Shown here: positions 54,316 through 55,750 of the stretch, piece by piece | Position numbering within the stretch: position 1 is the first letter of the stretch | How the letters are laid out: the number at the start of each line of letters is the position of its first letter | Source: an uncultured Planctomycetia bacterium | GTDB lineage: Bacteria; Omnitrophota; Gorgyraeia; 1-14-0-20-64-10 | NCBI GenBank assembly: GCA_964373805.1 | Contig: CAYJWF010000008.1 | Coordinates: 1-55,750, forward strand | Direction of reading: 5' to 3' | DNA: 55,750 nucleotides | Translations under genes and position numbers: made by a program | Notes under the pieces: generated by a model | Databases searched by the model: none | What the model was told of the DNA's origin: nothing | What the model saw: the letters and a program-made list of their open reading frames with translations, nothing else

Positions 54316-55509
54316 TTATGCCAGAACCTCGGAGATGACCCCAGCGCCAACCGTGCGTCCCCCTTCCCGGATGGCAAACCGCAGGGTCTTTTCCATCGCC
54401 ACCGGAGTGATCAACTCCACCTCGGCGTTGGCGTTATCCCCCGGCATGACCATCTCGACCCCTTTGGGCAAGGTCACGACACCGGTCACATCGGTGGTTC
54501 GGAAGTAGAACTGAGGCCGATACCCGGCAAAGAAGGGCGTATGGCGACCTCCCTCCTCCTTCGTTAAGGCGTACACCTCGGCCTTAAACTTGGTATGCGG
54601 GGTGATGGACGCCGGTTTGGCCAAGACCATCCCCCGTTCCAAATCCTTCTTATCGATCCCCCGCAAGAGACACCCCACGTTATCGCCGGCTTGCCCCTCG
54701 TCCAGCAGTTTTCGGAACATCTCGATTCCGGTGACGACCGTCTGGCTCGGTTTGGGTCTTAAACCCACCACCTCCACCGTATCGTTGACCTTCACCACGC
54801 CCCGCTCAATCCGGCCGGTCCCCACCGTCCCCCGGCCGGTAATCGAGAAGACGTCCTCCACTGCCATGAGGAACGGCTTCTCGATGTCCCGCTTCGGGGT
54901 GGGGATAAACTCATCCACCGCCTTCATGAGATCCAGAATCGCCTTCTCCGCCTCCGGATCTCCCTGGTGGGCTTTCAGGGCGCTTCCCTTGATGACCGGG
55001 GTTTTATCTCCCGGAAAACCGTACTTCGTCAGGAGCTCCCGCACCTCCAGCTCCACCAAGTCGAGCAGCTCCTTGTCGTCCACGAGGTCCACCTTGTTTA
55101 GGAAGACCACGATGGCCGGGACCCCCACCTGGCGAGCCAGAAGGATGTGCTCACGGGTCTGAGGCATGGGACCATCGGGAGCGCTGACGACCAGAATGGC
55201 CCCGTCCATTTGGGCCGCACCGGTAATCATGTTCTTGATGTAATCGGCGTGCCCCGGGCAGTCCACGTGGGCGTAGTGCCGCGCATCGGTCTCATACTCC
55301 ACGTGAGCGATGCTCACCGTTAAGATCTTGCTCTCTCCGCGGACCACGCCTCCCTTCGCGATTTCCGCGTACGACTTTTCCTGGGCCTGACCCTTTTTCG
55401 ACAGCACCTTGGTGATCGTGCTGGTCAACATGGTCTTGCCGTGGTCCACATGACCGATGGTCCCCACATTCACGTGGGGCTTCTTCCGCTTAAACTTCTC
55501 CTTGGCCAT
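54316..55509 (-). CDS. tuf: elongation factor Tu
   Basis: 397 aa, diagnostic EF-Tu ([20 protein letters not shown]). The switch-I segment is atypical (see findings). Confidence 0.97.
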   Translation of the reverse strand: MAKEKFKRKKPHVNVGTIGHVDHGKTMLTSTITKVLSKKGQAQEKSYAEIAKGGVVRGESKILTVSIAHVEYETDARHYAHVDCPGHADYIKNMITGAAQMDGAILVVSAPDGPMPQTREHILLARQVGVPAIVVFLNKVDLVDDKELLDLVELEVRELLTKYGFPGDKTPVIKGSALKAHQGDPEAEKAILDLMKAVDEFIPTPKRDIEKPFLMAVEDVFSITGRGTVGTGRIERGVVKVNDTVEVVGLRPKPSQTVVTGIEMFRKLLDEGQAGDNVGCLLRGIDKKDLERGMVLAKPASITPHTKFKAEVYALTKEEGGRHTPFFAGYRPQFYFRTTDVTGVVTLPKGVEMVMPGDNANAEVELITPVAMEKTLRFAIREGGRTVGAGVISEVLA

Positions 55510-55575
55510 TGTACTTTTCCCCTCCTTCCCAAGTGCCTGGATTCAAAAAAGACAATCCCTCTCTCTACCTTTTTC

Positions 55576-55648
55576 AGCTGGAGACGGGAATTGAACCCGT
55601 GACCCCGTCCTTACCAAGGACGTGCTCTACCAACTGAGCTACTCCAGC
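55576..55648 (-). tRNA. tRNA-Thr (anticodon GGT)
   Basis: Folded by hand. Acceptor GCTGGAG/CTCCAGC, D arm GCTC-AGTTGGTA-GAGC, anticodon stem CGTCC/GGACG with loop TTGGTAA, T arm ACGGG-TTCAATT-CCCGT, discriminator T. Confidence 0.92.
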
Positions 55649-55706
55649 AAGGCGCTCGCTGGTACTCTGGTAGAAACAAACCCTTACTGTTGGTACAAAA
55701 CTCCTT

Positions 55707-55734
55707 ATTCTAATGAGATACGGTTTTTTGTCAA
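55707..55734 (-). promoter_or_regulatory. candidate sigma70-type promoter for tRNA-Thr/tuf
   Basis: The minus strand reads TTGACA (55734-55729), a 16-nt spacer, then TAGAAT (55712-55707). This is the only clearly AT-rich stretch at the right end, about 55 nt upstream of the tRNA 5' end. Confidence 0.45.
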
Positions 55735-55750
55735 GAGAATTATTACCAGG

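Noticed and set aside
55531-55560. AAGTGCCTGGATTC upstream of tuf as an additional F4 copy
   Set aside because: It shares only 8 nt (GTGCCTGG) with the family and has no complementary arm nearby. This is too weak to call.
1-55750. Possibility that the recurring palindromes form a CRISPR array
   Set aside because: The copies are scattered singly over 55 kb, belong to several different families, differ in length, and are not separated by regular spacers. No cas genes are present.

Overview
GC-rich chromosomal segment from a diderm bacterium. Every gene I can support lies on the minus strand, about 73 genes. In transcription order (right to left): a sigma70-like promoter, tRNA-Thr, tuf, rpmG, tRNA-Trp, secE, nusG, rplKAJL, rpoB, rpoC, rpsL, rpsG, fusA. 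Then come the complete S10/spc/alpha ribosomal operons (rpsJ through rplQ). There is no rpmD and no tuf copy after fusA. Next are aspartate aminotransferase, NAD-type isocitrate dehydrogenase, lpd, lipA and an AlaC-like aminotransferase. A putative glycolipid module follows (MGDG-synthase-like GT, LpxL-like acyltransferase, GT2), then pcm and a small membrane protein. The left third is a cobalamin region. One cobalamin riboswitch controls cobU-cobT-cobS-cobD-cobQ-cbiB-cbiA. A second riboswitch controls btuB, a DUF4430 lipoprotein, a cupredoxin-like secreted protein, exbB, exbD and tonB. These are followed by a small polytopic membrane protein, bluB and a partial TonB-like ORF. No CRISPR array, transposase, integrase or prophage gene is visible. 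The most unusual property is at least five families of short hairpin or palindromic repeats. Some abut stop codons in the ribosomal/rpo super-operon. Others sit at the 5' ends of three consecutive cob genes, inside both riboswitches, or in frame inside cbiA, cobQ (twice), cobT and the partial TonB-like ORF. Also notable are a 247-nt four-hairpin spacer upstream of adk with mutually exclusive pairing over its Shine-Dalgarno, a blue-copper-like protein in the B12 uptake operon, and a B12 uptake locus without btuCDF. Family assignments come from reading the translations and from memory of the families. No searches were run. Coordinates of non-ORF features may be off by a few nt.
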